A stretch of DNA of 64,000 nucleotides from Camelus dromedarius (GCF_036321535.1 NC_087447.1:33234001-33298000); one strand, 5' to 3'; positions 39,952 to 53,715 are shown, numbered from the stretch's first letter. Numbers and translations are program-made. Notes: generated by a model from the letters alone, not told the origin.

Positions 39952-40400
39952 GATACTACTCAGCCATAAAAAAGAATAAAATAATGCCTATGCAGCAACA
40001 TGGATGGGCCTGGAGATTGTCACACTAAGTGAAGTAAACAAGAAAGAGAAAGTAAAATATCATATATCACTTAGATGTGGAATCTAAAAAAAAAAAAAAA
40101 TGACACAAACAAACTTATTTACAAAATAGAAACAGACTCACACACATAGAAAACAAACTTATGGTTACCAGGAAGTAAAGGGGGTAGGGAGGGAAAATTG
40201 GGAGTTTGGGATTTGCAGATACTGACTACCATATATAAAACTGACAAACAAGGTCCTACTGTAGAGCACAGGGAACTATTCAATACTTTGTAATAGCTTA
40301 TAATGAAAAAGAACATGAAAAGGAATATATATATGTATAACTGAATCACTATGCTGTGCACCAGAAATGAATGCAACATTGTAAATCGACTATACTTCAA

Positions 40401-40434
<34 letters not shown>
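39952..40434 (+). mobile_element. L1 3' UTR with intact A32 tail
   Basis: atactactcagccataaaaaagaataaaataatgcc ... gtaaatcgactatacttcaact, then A at 40403-40434. Confidence 0.93.
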
Positions 40435-40436
<2 letters not shown>

Positions 40437-40849
40437 TAGGTGCAAAACTCCACTCCCGGAAGAGAGAGGACAAAAAGCAGGAGGATGTGGCCACATTATC
40501 TAAGAGAGGATTCCAAGAGGCAGGAGGAGGTCAATAGATTAAATGAGGCAAAGACATGGTTAGGAATACAAATGAGAATTTATCTAACAAAAGACCAGAA
40601 GGAAACTGAAAATTATAGCAAAACTGATTTTTTTGTGAATGAATTTGAAAATTTTGAAGAAATAAACCATGTTCTAGAAAACACATGACCACAGACTGAT
40701 TCAAAAGAAGTATAAAACATGACTAGACCAACATGTGTGTAAGAAATGAGAAGACATCCAATAACTACTTTCAAGAAAACTTCCAGGACTACTTTCACCA
40801 GAAAGTTGCTTCTAACATCAAAGTTACCAATAATCCATATGCTATAAGG

Positions 40850-41315
40850 TGTCATGGATGAAAGGAGAAAAGTGGATGTTCCCTGATGAGCCCAGGCCTG
40901 CTCTAGGGCCAATGACACAGTGAGAAACAGAACACAGAGGCACCCAAGTGTGGTAGAGCCAGCCTTATACAGTAAGAGACAGACCCCCCCCCCCCCATGC
41001 AGATGAGAGCCCTCCCTTAGCTCAAGTGTGCAAAGGCATCTCTCAGCTCTGAGCCTCTCTGACTTGAAGGATTGACCCTCTACATGGGTCGTGCCATCAC
41101 TCAACTTTTGGCGTGCTTCCCTGGAGAACTGGGGAGCTGTACCCGTTCACCTGCATCCTCAGATGTTATATAACCTCTAGTCGACATGTTGCTGGTTCAG
41201 CAGACAAGCCAAGAAAAAGCAACTCTGAACTGAGCGTGAGTTACCATTCTTGAACCTAAACCAACCCTCAGCATTCGGGCTAAGCCCTCTTCCTAATCCA
41301 TTTTGTTATGTTCAC
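40850..41315 (-). mobile_element. Probable ERVL solo LTR (MER74/MER73-like) inside an old L1 ORF2 remnant
   Basis: Starts tgtcatggatg (reverse ...catccatgaCA); reverse TATA (ttatataacc); interrupts A-rich L1 sequence that resumes with accttgataccaaaacc. Family tentative. Confidence 0.55.
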
Positions 41316-41904
41316 AAACCTTGATACCAAAACCTAATGCAACAACAGAGAACAACCAGAAAGTCAGTTCCAAGGTAAAAGCCAATTTTACTTAAGAACA
41401 CAGAGTTGTAAACTACTAGGGGATAGTATCTTAGAAATTTAGAAATTTGAAACAGAAATATTAAATTGTATACCACTACCAAATGGATGTCTGCTCAGTA
41501 ATGCAAGAATGGCTTACTATTAGAAAATCTATTAGCATACTAAATGATGACATGAATGCATCTATTAATAACCAATAGGATCAACTAATAAATACCTAAA
41601 GTGAATGTGATAAAACTTGACACAGATTATAGTGAAACACTAGGGGAATTCTCATTAAGTCATAAATAAAGCCAGGATGCCTGCTATCATTTTTTTTTAA
41701 TTATCAGTTACCCTCAGACAGATCTGCCAGTAAGCTAACACAGAGGGCAACTGAAAATGAAAAGATACAATTGGTCACTCTTTCATAAAACACATGGGCT
41801 GTACTGTTCTACCTCAATTTCCCAAGAGCAACATTTCTCACACTTGAGTTCATGGACCCCTAAAGGTTCGTAGGTGAGTTCACTCTCTGGGATTCTCCAG
41901 TTCA

Positions 41905-42575
41905 TAAATTACAGGTGTACAATAGAGTGATTCACAATTTTTAAAGGTTATATTCCATTTATAGTACTTATAAAATACTGGCTATATTCCCCATGTTGTA
42001 CAATATATCCTTGTAGCTTATTTTATACCTAATAGTTTGTGCCTCTTAATCCCCTACCTCAGTGTTGCCCCTCCCCTCCTCTCTCTACACTGGCAACCAC
42101 TAGCTTATACTCTGTGTCTGTGAGTCTGCTTTTTTGTTATATTCACTAGTTTGCTGTATGTCTTAGAGTCCATATATAAGTGATATCACATAGTGTTTGT
42201 CTTTCTCTGTTTGACTTATTTCACTTAGCACAATGCTCCCCAAGTCCATCCATGTTGCTGCAAAAATGGCAAAAGTTCATTCTTTTTATGGCTGCATAGT
42301 ATTCCATTGTATATATACATACCACATCTTTTTTATGCATCAGTCTGTTGGTGGACACTTAAGTTGTTTCCATATCTTGGCTATTGTAAATAATGCTTCT
42401 ATAAACATTAGTGTGCATGTATCTTTTCAAGTTAGTGTTTTGGTTTTCTCTATATATGCCCAGGATTGGAATTATTGTACCATATGGTAGTTCTTTTTTT
42501 AGTTTTTTTGAGAAACTTCCATACTGTTTTCCACAGAGGCTGCTCCAATTTACATTTCCACCAACAGTGTACTGT
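41905..42575 (-). mobile_element. L1 ORF2 C-terminus plus 3' UTR
   Basis: Minus frame TVHCWWKCKLEQPLWKTVWKFLKK; UTR ttaaaggttatattccatttatag. Confidence 0.92.
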
Positions 42576-42999
42576 TTTAATTGTTGAGCACTGATAAAGA
42601 AAGATCAAAGTGGGACATAACATAAATTGTACATTTTCATCAACTGATGACATGAATGAAGGTTCTGCAGTGAAAGCCAGAGAGAGAACTGAGCCTTCAC
42701 AGAGCACATGATACCTGAGGTGTGCTGAACCAAATGACCCTGGGCTGAAGCCATCAGTCCATGGTCACATTCAAGACAGTCTTGAATTCAGCAAAATGTT
42801 GTTAACTACATGTAATGAATGTTAATCTATTTTGTATTAGTTTTGTGCCTTGTAATTAAGAGTTAATCAGAATAAAAATCGTATTCCTGGTTATAGATTT
42901 TTTATATTTTAGGAATGGTATTCTAATCATCTTCTAAAATAATTTAAGTCATTACACGTTGTTCAAAATATTGTTTTCCTTTGAAAATTGTCCACACCT

Positions 43000-43460
43000 T
43001 ACTGAGACTTAAGGAACACTGCTTTAGAGAATCAATTAAAATGCCATTAACACTAATAAGAGAGTTCAAGAATAAAGAGAGATACAAAGTAAATACACAA
43101 AAATCAATAGCTCCCTTAAACACCAGCAATAAAAAGATATAAAATATAATGGGAAAAGAGAATCCCATATTAGCAGCGTAACAAAAGGTAACTAGAAATA
43201 ACATTAACAAGAAATACTCAGGAAGAACATACGTTCGGGGGGAAAAAAACTATAAAACTTAACCTAAAGACCCAGGAGTATTTGAATCCGTGGGAAGAAA
43301 AGCATTTGTGTTAAAAACTAAGTAATGTTTTTAAGAGGCAGTTATTCTGAAATTTAATTGCATGTTTAATTCAATTTCCATTAAAGTCCACACAAGATTA
43401 TTACTGAAATATGACCATGTTGATCTGGGAGAATAAAATGGTGAGAACAGTCAAGAAAGT
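43000..43460 (+). mobile_element. Ancient L1M ORF2 remnant
   Basis: ctaataagagagttca ... aaatacacaaaaatcaatagc ... aaactataaaactt. Confidence 0.75.
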
Positions 43461-43879
43461 TGAGCAACAGGTAAGAAATGAGGCTGTGGTCAGGAGAAAG
43501 AAAAAGTTATAGAAGTTAACGAATTAACTTAAACAGGTATCTTTCTACCAGAGTCCTTGGTGCCTTCCCAATGCAAATATCATCTGTGTCTGCACAAGAG
43601 GAGCGACAGAAAAGTGTGCAGGGCTTACCACTTATAAAGAAGGAAGCTCTTCTTTATAAAACAGTCCCCACACATATTTCCCCTACATCATAGGGGACAG
43701 TTTGAGAAACACTCAGAATACTACAAATGAGTCTCCCGGGCTGTTTCCTGACCGCCTCACCATCGACACTCCTCCCGCAGTGCACTTCAGCCATTCACAC
43801 CGTCACTCACACCCGACAGCTTCCCATCATCAGAAAGTTTACTTCCTACAATCTCTTACCTTCAAGCCAATCTCTCTCT

Positions 43880-44240
43880 TTTAATTGAATTAAAGATTCT
43901 TTAAATGCTATAGTGCTTGACAATTTTCAAAACTTTCACATATAGTATCATATAATCCCTTAATAACCCTTTTCTGAGATTCTTTACCCCCATATTGATC
44001 CTCCCCACTTTCCTTTTCCTACGGGTAACCACCAGTTTGTTCTCTATATCCGTGAATCTGCTCCTTCATTTTACTCACTAGTTTGTTGTGTTTTTTAGGT
44101 TCCACATATAAGTGATATTATACAGCATTTGTCTTTTTCTGTCTGACTTATTTCACTTAGCATAATACACTCCAAGTCCATCCATGTTGATGCAAATGGC
44201 AAAATTCCATTCTTTCATTGCTGCACGGTATTTAATTGTA
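43880..44240 (-). mobile_element. L1 3' UTR fragment
   Basis: ggtaaccaccagtttgttctctatatccgtgaatctg ... ttccacatataagtgatattatacagcatttgtc. Confidence 0.88.
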
Positions 44241-44279
44241 TATGTGTAGCGGTACCAACCCATTTTCCCGTTATCTTTC

Positions 44280-45530
44280 AAAACTTGTCAAAAAAAAGTT
44301 GCCTAAGCATTTCTCCACATTCTTACTTTTAAGTCACTCCTCAGTCTACTCCTATCTGGCAGCCTTCTGCCCCAACTCTTCCCATGGGAACTGCTCTTTG
44401 TTAAAATCACCAAACAACCTCTTGCTGAGTCAAACAGGTACCTTTCTGATCGAATGTTTCTAAGCAGCATTTGACAGAGAACTAATTCCTCCCTTTGACA
44501 ACCCTATCCTAGGCTTCTGCCTTCTTATTGAAGCTACCTTCTATCTCATTGGGCATGATTTATCAGTCCTCTTTGCTGGCTCCTCCATCTCCATTAAACT
44601 CGAAACTTAAAATCCTTGGGATTTGGTCTGAGCCCACATCATTCTCTCTTGATGATCTCAGCCATTTTTATGGTTTCCAATACCACTTATATTCTGATAG
44701 CTCTCACATTAATATCTCCAGGTAGACTTCTCCTTTGAACCGAGGACACATAGGTCCAACCACCTACTACTCATCTGCATTGGAATACTTCACAGACATC
44801 TCAAATAGAACATGTCCCAAATAGAATTCCTGAATTTCCCTCTTACAAAGTAGAGCCACCAGCCACACAGCAACTAAAGTCAGACAATTCATGGCCATCC
44901 TTGACTCGTCCTTTTTCCTTTACTCCACAATATTCAATCTGTCCTTGAGTATTGTCTATTTAAATATATTTCAATAAATGCAGGTCAAATACATCCACTT
45001 TTCTCTGTCATCACTGCTACCATCCAGTCACTATCCTTTCTCCCTGGAGTCCTTGTCTGCATGTGACCTCCTCCATGACATTCTTTATACATCACTCAGT
45101 GGGTCATATAAAAATCTAAATCACATGTTCTGTCTCTGCTTAGAATCTTTTCATCATGAACCCTTACACTTAGAAAAAGTTAAAAATTCCTTAGCACAGC
45201 CCCCAGACTCTTCAACACATGAACTCTGCCAGCCTCCTAAACTTCGTGATGTGCCCCTTTCCCCCAATTTCTCTAAGCAAAAGCCACCCTTCCTAGAACA
45301 CACCAGGCTCTTTCCAAACTAAGGCATTGACACCTGAACTTTACTAAAATCTACCACCATTTTACTTCTGTATTTTCTCATTTCACATCCATCTTCCACA
45401 CCAGAATGTAACTTTCACAAGACCTTTCAGAGTCACACCTTGTCGATCTCTTTACTGTTGCAACCCCTGCAGTGAGCATAGGTGTTTGGCCACTGCAGGG
45501 GCACAAAGATTTTTTTAAGTTAGTGAATAA
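44280..45530 (+). mobile_element. LINE-2 3' portion
   Basis: gcagcatttgaca ... gatgatctcagccattt ... cacagacatctcaaatagaacatgtcc ... ccagaatgtaac. Confidence 0.8.
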
Positions 45531-48124
45531 AAGTTCTTTCCTTCCCCACATGCCCCTTTCACCCCAAACAGGACTACCAAATGTCCAGCATTCACCTTTA
45601 GCTGCTTTGAAGAGGTAATTTTTTCATAGTCATGCGCCATTTCCATCTGAGTGCATTATTAATAGCACCGTAAGCAACTCTCGGCGTGCTTATGACAATT
45701 TTGAAAGCTACTTCAGTACCTTGATCCACAATTACTATTCATCCTGGGTCCTCAATTTACTGAAAGACATGTTTATTCACCAAAAATGAAAAAAGAAAAA
45801 AAATAGGCACTTCGAAGAAGTAAAATCTCAAAAAGCCTATTCTGAATAGGCAGCTACTGCCACAGCGATGAGACAAATATTATAAAATTCAGTTTCCAAC
45901 AGAGCTACAACACAAGGCTTGGAATTTGTGTCAGGAACAGTTTCCTCACCTCCCCTTCACCTCTCATCACACGTTTTCAAGCCTCATCACCTGCAAGTCC
46001 CCCGGCCAGCATGGCAAAGGACTGGCTCTCACCAACCAGATGAAAAGACAGGCAGCTGCAGCGAGGAAGCCACTGTCCCCAGAGCGGGTTTCCATCTCAG
46101 CACCTGGTGCTGAGACTTTGGAGCCTGTGTGCCCAGGCTAAGCTTTGGGCATTCAGACTATCTGGACTGGCACCACTGATGAGTCTCTCAACGAGTATTT
46201 CTCCATGCCATTTCTAGGCTCAGGAACACCTGTGAATGTTTCATTTCCTAGCCCCTGTCCCATTGCCTCCCAGACCCTGTCTTCCCTGTGGGTCCATGAG
46301 CAGAGCAATATGGCCCAGAGTCCTGAAAAAGGGTCCGAGGGACATTAGGACTTCATTGATGTTTTCAGGGGTCTATCAGTCCCTGTGTAGTACAATACAG
46401 CTGGAAAATAATCTTAACTCTTTCCTGTAAGTGAATTTGGGATTATCTGGATGAACTCTTTCCAACAGAGCCACCATGCAGTTTTTGTGCACACTTCGTT
46501 TTTATTTGCAAAGCATTGCGCCAAGAGGTGGGTGATATTTTAAGTACTGTCAGCACATGAGAAAGAGATGGACTTAACTGATAAAGGGTGTGCTCAAGCC
46601 AAAGGAAGGCCCAATGGAAACTTCTCCAAAAAGATTCAACAATGGTTCAAATACAGGAAGTGGGGGCGAACGAGTGGTCACACCACAGCTGGTGGACCAC
46701 TGCCAAATTCAAAGAACCTGTACCTTAGAATCCACGCTGTTTTCAAGTTGCCACTGCAGAGTTAGTTTCAGCAAAACACGACCCCTGGTCCCATGGAATT
46801 GATGTAATTCAAATGTGGGTTTTATTGGCCTGTGGTTTTTGTTCACATTTAACTAGCAGATCAGTTTGCCTTTGTAGTCATACGAGAGCTATCATTACTG
46901 GGACTATACGCTTGATTTTACGTTTGTCCATATTGAAGAACTATTAGAATACGCATTTAAACCAAGGTGAATTTTTTGTGTTTTTTTCCCTTTTAAAAGT
47001 TTCTGCATACTGATCTAGTATAAAAGGCATGATGTTTAGAATCAGACCAGTCTAAGCTGAAAACCCCAGCTCTGCCGGCAACTAGCGCTGTGGTCTCACG
47101 GGACAATGTACACATGCATCCCCTCTGAGCCACGGGTTTCCCCGGGGTGACTGTAAGCATCATGAAAAGTGATACGTGCAAACCACCCGGCCCACAGCTG
47201 GTGAGAAATAAAGCTTGGTTTCCCTTGACTTGCTGCTCTGTAAAACCAGCTTAAAAACTGAACTCAGTCCACAGTGTTCACACATTAATGCCATGACATT
47301 ATATTAGTATTAACCCTTTATATTTTTATCACATAGTTAAGTGTGAACTCATAACAAGGATGGGGGGGTCAAGTAATTAGGCATTAATAGTCCAAACTTC
47401 TTGAGCTGGAAAGTGAATTTTAAAGCAGCTAAGAGACTCAGCCTTAGCGATTCACCATCAATGGTATAGTTTGCACTCAGCTCTTTTAAGTCTGTTGACT
47501 CAAGCGCCACCGTTCTCTTCACCAGACTGTGTCCAGATCACGGTCAAAGGAGTCCTTTAAATTCTTCCAGTGTAATATTACACTGCTGTTTGCTCATAGG
47601 TACACCAAGGGGTCCGGCTCTTTCATAAATAATGTACATAAGACACGTATAAAATAGCAGAAAGTTGAAAAGGAAAAGCTGGACAGTCATGGCAGGGAAC
47701 ACTGGTTTTAAAGCAAGGGCGTTGATGACTGACCTTGACAACTCCATTTTTCCCCTCTCCTTTAATCATTCTGCTCACAATCGCAACCTTTTAGATTTTA
47801 AAATCTATTACCAATTCATGCTGCAAAGAGGTTGTATAATGGCTTTAGAAATTATATTAGGTCAGAGAAGAGTTCTTTTTTTTTTTTTTCTAATGACCCA
47901 AGATAATATGAGGGATAAGTGGTTTAAGCTCTCACCAGGAAAATATAGCTACAGCTGAATTTCCACTGAAATTGGCCGCACAGCTCACCCTTGTCTTTTT
48001 GTCCAAGATCACTTATGAGGGCCAGAGAAGTCAAAGACGGGCAAAAGCTACTGACAGAAAAATTCCAGGGTCCAAGCAGACATAAAGATTCCCTACTAAG
48101 AGTACGTCAGATCCTGTATGTGCA

Positions 48125-48515
48125 ATCGGGGAAAAAAGGATACAAATGAACTTATTTACAAAACAGACACAAACTCAGACACAGAAAACACACCTATGAT
48201 TATCAGCAGGGAGAGGGGCTGGGGAGGGATAAATTGGGAGTTCAGGATTCGTAGATACTAAGTACTATATATAAAATAGGCAAACAACAAGGTCCTACTG
48301 GATAGCACAGGGAACAACTATATCTAATTTCTTGTAATAACGTATAATGGAAAAGAATCTAAATATATATATGTATACATACATATATATGTACATACAT
48401 ATATATACATATGTATATATATATATATTCATATATATATAAATCACTTTGTTGTATACCTGAAACTAACACTGTAAATCAACTGTACTTCAATAAAAAA
48501 TTTAAAAATAAAACA
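48125..48515 (+). mobile_element. L1 3' UTR with internal (TA)-rich repeat
   Basis: aggatacaaatgaacttatttacaaaacaga ... gtaaatcaactgtacttcaataaaaaa. Confidence 0.92.
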
Positions 48516-48894
48516 TTCAATAGTCTCTATCATAAATTCTGTGCAGCCAGTTGATTCTCACAGAATTCTTTAATTGATTTTTGCTTAGTTCTTGAATCCA
48601 CAGACAACCTGTGGCTGCAGCTGATGAACAAGTGAAGTTCCAACATGAATGCTGGTTGATAATCTTGTTTAAACTAATGATTAAGATGAAAGTGGAACAA
48701 CAGAGACATATTTCAAAACGTTGTTCATCCTACGCTGAGAGATTTTGTTGCTCAATTGGAAAATAGTTTTGAATCCCTGAAGACTCTTTCCTCCATCCTT
48801 ATACCATTCACAGTGTAATGACGACAGATGTGGAAAGCTTTTACGTTTACTCCGTGTTAGTAACACCTTCTGCATCACTTCGTTTACTCTAGGT

Positions 48895-49125
48895 CAGGAG
48901 TCAATAAACATTTTCTGAAAGGAGCCAGATATCAGGTATTTCAGGCTTTGAAGGCTATGTATGTCTCTGTCATATATTCTTCTTCGTGTGTTTTTTAATT
49001 TATTTGTTGTTATAACCTTTTAAAAAGGTTAAATAAAAAAAAAAAAAAGCATGCCCAGCTCTCTAGCTATACAGAACTTGTCCTGGGCTGGATTTGTTCC
49101 ATGAACCCTAATTTGTCACACCCTG
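48895..49125 (+). mobile_element. MER58-family DNA transposon
   Basis: caggagtcaataaacattttctgaaaggagccagata ... gggctggatttg ... tttgtcacaccctg; ntctagan-type flanks. Confidence 0.75.
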
Positions 49126-49169
49126 GTCTAGACGATCAACAAAACAATAAATCAAAGAAACTGGTTTGT

Positions 49170-49898
49170 AGCAGGTGGCAATTTGTGGGATGTAAATACT
49201 TCCACCGTGGCCAATTTGAAGCTACTGGCATAGTGTCACTGCACGAGGACTTGGGAAGACACGCAGAGTAGCACACCATTCGTCTCAGTCTGCTCAGGCT
49301 ACTGGAACAAAGTGCCAGGGCTTGGGTAACTTAAACAACAGGAATGTATTTTCTCACAGTTCCAGAGGCGGGGAAGTCTAAGGCCAAGGGGCCGGCTGAC
49401 ATGCTTTGCGGTGAGGGCTCTCTTGCTGGCTTGCAGGCAGCCCCCTTCCCTCTGAGACCTCACATGGCAGCAACAGAGAGAAAGCCAGGTCTTTGGTGTC
49501 TCTTCTTATAAGGACACAAATCCTATCATATCGGGACCTCACCCTCACGATCACATTTAACCTGAATTACCTTCTTACCCACCTCCAAATGTAGCCACGC
49601 TGGGGGTTCAGGCGACAACACAGGAATTTTAGGAGGACACAGTTTGGTCCATAGAACCATTACATCGCATTTCTACTACACAGATGTAAGATCATAAGTA
49701 ACAATAGTGAAAAGGAGAAAAAGAATTAGAAAATGAATGAGTTTTCAGTATGTACTGCCTTTGTTTTTAACTTAATCAATCATATATTTACATAATTTAA
49801 CTTTAATACGGGTTATGTTAAATCGGCTCTCAAGATGCCTAGAAACCTCATAATCGACTCTCACAAGCCAGTTCCAGCCAGGTCCAGCACACCACAGC
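49170..49898. mobile_element. MER63 (hAT-Blackjack) DNA transposon interrupted by MLT1A
   Basis: gatgtaaatacttccaccgtggccaattt ... aatcgactctcacaagccagttccagccaggtccagcacaccac terminus. Confidence 0.7.
49281..49656 (-). mobile_element. MLT1A-type MaLR solo LTR
   Basis: gtctcagtctgctcaggct ... aaacaacaggaatgtattttctcacagttcc ... cagtttggtccatag; 5-bp TSD ccatt at 49276-49280 and 49657-49661. Confidence 0.9.
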
Positions 49899-50799
49899 CA
49901 AAACCAGTTACTGCCAGAGATGTTACTAGAACCCCTATTTTTTAAATCTAATGTTCTTTTCTCTTTCAGTAAACTGCCAAGACAACACTGTTAGTACACA
50001 TGTTGCCTAGTATCAAAAGGAAATGCAATCAAACCATTGTGCCTAAGAGTTTTATTTTCCTAGGTTTTAAAGGGTATGAAGACAACCAGATTTTTATCCC
50101 ACAGCCTGTAAATCCCTGGCTTGCTCATTAAATATGATTCCTGCACTAATTTACTATTTGCTTTCTTGCTGGTCCAGAATTTTCTTGGCAAGATTTTGAT
50201 AAAGTGTCATCAAAGAAATATAAACCAGCAAGTTTCCTGAATATCTATGCATTAGAATCGAAAGAGGAACTTTATAAACAATACACTCCATAAATTCAGT
50301 TGTGTATCAGAATTTGTCTGGGATGGACCCCAGGAATCTCTATTTTTAACAGGCGCTGATGGTGATTCCAAAGTAACTAGGCCAGCATCTGTTATCAAAT
50401 AAACACTTGAGAACTATTAGCATAAATGATAAAATTACTCTAAAGAAAATACCATTCAGCAAGCTCAATATTTTTTATTCCTTCATATATATGAAGGGGG
50501 GGGGGTCTGGGGGTCCTTTTCAATCTTATTTGTAGCCACATTTATAGTGATGCTTTGTTTCAATCCTGCAGACAAAATGAACAAAATAGAATTTGACTCG
50601 TTTTCTCATAAAAGTTAATAAGGCAAAACTGTGAGCCTATGATGTTTCTCCAGAATGTTCCCAAACTTTGCTTTCTCTTTCCTTTCTCTCTCCCTGAATT
50701 TTCTGTCTGCTTCATCAAATTTGCTCTTAAGAAGGGATTAGATAAGCTAACTCACACGAACATATAAATGACAAACAGGGAACCAACCTCATTTTCACT

Positions 50800-51440
50800 C
50801 TTCCTCAATACTATATCCCATCTCATCAACAAATCCTGCAACTTCATGACGTAACTATCCCGGAAGCCAACCACTTCTCACCATTTTTTCCACCGGGACT
50901 CTTAAGTCAGTGGCCACCAACCTCGTGCACTGAACCATTATAAGAGCATCAAAATGGATTTTGCTGGTTCTACCTTTGCCTCTCCATCAGTCTGTGCTCA
51001 ACACAGTCAGAATGGCACTTTTAAGTAGAAGATGTGTCATTCCTTTGCTAGAAACTCTCAACTGGCTTCCTGTTCCACTCAGTGAAATCCGAAGTCCTTA
51101 CTCACCATGGCCTACAGGACCCGCACGATCCTCTCTGTGCTCACCTCCTGTCCCATCCCCTCTGATACAAGCCCCATCTGCACAGCCACAACCTGGGTAA
51201 GAGGGCACACACACCCTGCAGTTCCCTATCATTTCTTCCCGCCCCACTGCTTTTCTTTTCCGGAGGACTTGTCACTTGACATGCGATTTATTCTTGTCTG
51301 TTTCCTCCTCTAGAAAGCGGACACCACAAGAGCAGGGGTTTGTTACTGTTGGCCGGTTTTGTTCACTGTAGTTTCCCAGTACCTGGCCCAGCACCTGCCA
51401 TGTGTGGCAGTCATTTACTATCTGTTGAATATAAATGATG
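50800..51440 (+). mobile_element. LINE-2 3' portion
   Basis: ccacttctcacca ... aactggcttcctgttccactcag ... gttcactgtagtttcccagtacctggcccagcacctg ... tctgttgaat. Confidence 0.8.
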
Positions 51441-51555
51441 GAACAAAAGGTAATTTTGGTCACCTTCCCACACAGGTATGTCTCTCCACAAACTGCCTGC
51501 TTCCTCTCCATCTACCCCTGAGGGCCACCCTTCAGTACACTGGATTCCTCTCAGT

Positions 51556-51736
51556 CAGGACCGGCTTCATAATTTGTGGGGACCAGTGCAAAATGATAAC
51601 ATGGAGCCTTGTGTTCAAAAATTATTATTAAGTATTTCAAGATGGCAACAGCTGAGCATTAAATCAAGGGGGAGGTCCTTCTAAGGGCAGGACCCTGTTC
51701 CACTACGCAGGCTGCTCACCCATGAAGCCAGCCCCG
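51556..51736 (+). mobile_element. MER45A (hAT-Tip100) DNA transposon
   Basis: Terminal inverted repeats caggaccggcttcat / atgaagccagccccg; internal cagtgcaaaatga ... gagcattaaa. Confidence 0.9.
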
Positions 51737-52949
51737 CTTTTGGTCCCCTGCACCTACCACACTTGCCCTTGAGCTGGTCCTGCATGTTGCGTGGCCCACC
51801 TTCCCCTCCTCCCTAACCTACTGGTCCCAACCTGTCCTTCAGGGAGGCATTTCCAAACCCCCTGGGTTAGATGAAACCCTCTTGCATTCCCACTGTGCAT
51901 TACCTCTTTCCTAAAACCTTCACCCCTGTTGTAACTATACTGACTTTGATCTTCTCTGCTAGTCTGTAATGTAAATAGTCAAGTATTATCTAACCGTATT
52001 CCCACCACAGGGCTTGGAACCTAGTAGGTGCCAACAACTCCTTGTTACATTGACTAAAATGAGGAACAACTTGCTAGCCGTGGAATTTTAGATATTAGAA
52101 AGCAGAATGCAAAGGTATTTGGATCATCAGGGAATGCTCAGGCCATGTCAAAACTGGCTATCCCTGGAAGAGACTAGGATCCAGGCAGTCTTTTGGGCGT
52201 CTCTGCCTCAGGCCCAGGAAGGTGTGGACATGGGACAGCATGGGTCATAAAAATTAATACAGCTTGGGGGAGCCTTGGCAATGAAGCATATAACAGGAGT
52301 AAGATTGAGATGTGCAAGCCAGGAAAATGCAAGCCTGAGAAGAGAGCAAATAAGACAGGCAGGGCCCCAGGTCACGTTGAACCTGGGAATGCCCTGCTGC
52401 CATCTTGATTTCACACACAGGTGGGCGCCGTGAGAGGCAGCCAGGCAGCAGGTGCTTCTTGGCAGTGATGGGGTCATGATTCAATAAACAGCATCAAGGG
52501 GAAGGGCCTGCACAGAACTACTCCAGGTGCCCTAACCTCACCCCGACAGGCTGGGGTGCCAAGGCCAGTCAGAAGCATGGTCCAGAAACCAGGGCTGACC
52601 ACCATCACAGGAACCGGAGAAAAACCTCAGCACTTAAAGCGTAGCTAGAACACTGAGCGAACAGGCGGATGCTAGGGTCCCAGCCAGGCATTCCAGAAGG
52701 CTGCGCTAGAACAGGATAAATTCCCGAGCCCAGCCATCTGCTGGTGCACACATTTGGTACTGGAATTGAACCAGGCTGGGGCTGCAGGCGAAAGTCCTCA
52801 GGGTCCACACCAATATAAGAAAGCAGAAGGCAGAGCTGAAACAGGTGGGCCTTCCTGGCTCCCACTACGTGACCTTCTCATCCAGGTGTGTCCCAGAGAA
52901 TTCATCTCACCAAGTAGATTCCAACCATTCAGAGTTTCCAGCACTGTGC

Positions 52950-53400
52950 TGTAACAGGCACTATTATTTAACTATCTCAATATCCATTCCCAACTCCTTC
53001 CTTGCCTACTTTCTACCAGAGTCTAAAAAAAGTGCAACACTCAATTTTCCAGCATCCTTTGCAGCCAGGGGTGGCCGTGTGATACAATACTCTCCAGTGA
53101 GACCAAAGAGCTTGTCTCTGGGAGGGCTTTAGGGAAAGTCTTTTCCCTCGCAATTAAAGGGACAGACATAGCTGCCAGTTTGTTTCCTTTCTTCCTACTC
53201 TGAACAAGAATGTGATGTCTGGAGTACAGAAGCCATCTTGCAACCATGAGGCAAGCCTGAGGATGAAAACAAACATGCTAAGGATGGAAGGAAAAAAAAA
53301 AAGGTCCAGGATCCTTGACAGCATCATTAAAGCAGCATCCAGACAACTGGCTATGTGAAAAGGAGTGGAAAAAAGACCCTTATTAAAGCAGAAAGCACAC
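52950..53400 (+). mobile_element. Old MLT1 (MLT1J/K-like) MaLR LTR
   Basis: ccagcatcctttgcagccaggggtggccgtgtga ... tgtgatgtctggag ... agccatcttgcaaccatgagg. Confidence 0.8.
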
Positions 53401-53479
53401 CTAAAACCACTAACACCACCGAGTCTGTAGTTACGGAAATCAATATGTGCAATATTAGACACTATTTCTAAAATGATGT

Positions 53480-53715
53480 GCGGTGGCTCAGAGCCAGGCA
53501 CTGGAGTCTGGGTTCAAACCTGAGCCTTAAGGCTCATCATAGGTGTGAATCTGAGCAGGTTTCTCAATCTTTCTGTGCTTACATCCCCAATTGAAAATGG
53601 GGATTATATGGGAACCTACAGCATATAGTAAGTTGAAGGGTCAAAAAAGAAAGGCTAATAAAGCTTTTAGAACAGCATCTAGAATATGGTGCTCAGGGAA
53701 TACCGGCAATTACAA
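53480..53715 (+). mobile_element. MIR SINE
   Basis: ggtggctcagagcc ... ctgggttcaaacc ... gaaaatggggattata ... aaagcttttagaacag. Confidence 0.8.

Noticed and set aside
45464..45501. 11-bp hairpin cccctgcagtg/cactgcagggg (also 43632-43659)
   Set aside because: Too short for a pre-miRNA; the first lies in an L2 tail and the second is AT-rich.
45835..45851. Palindrome gcctattc-t-gaataggc, and similar 8-bp stems at ~5448 and ~21040
   Set aside because: Several 8-bp stems are expected by chance in 64 kb.
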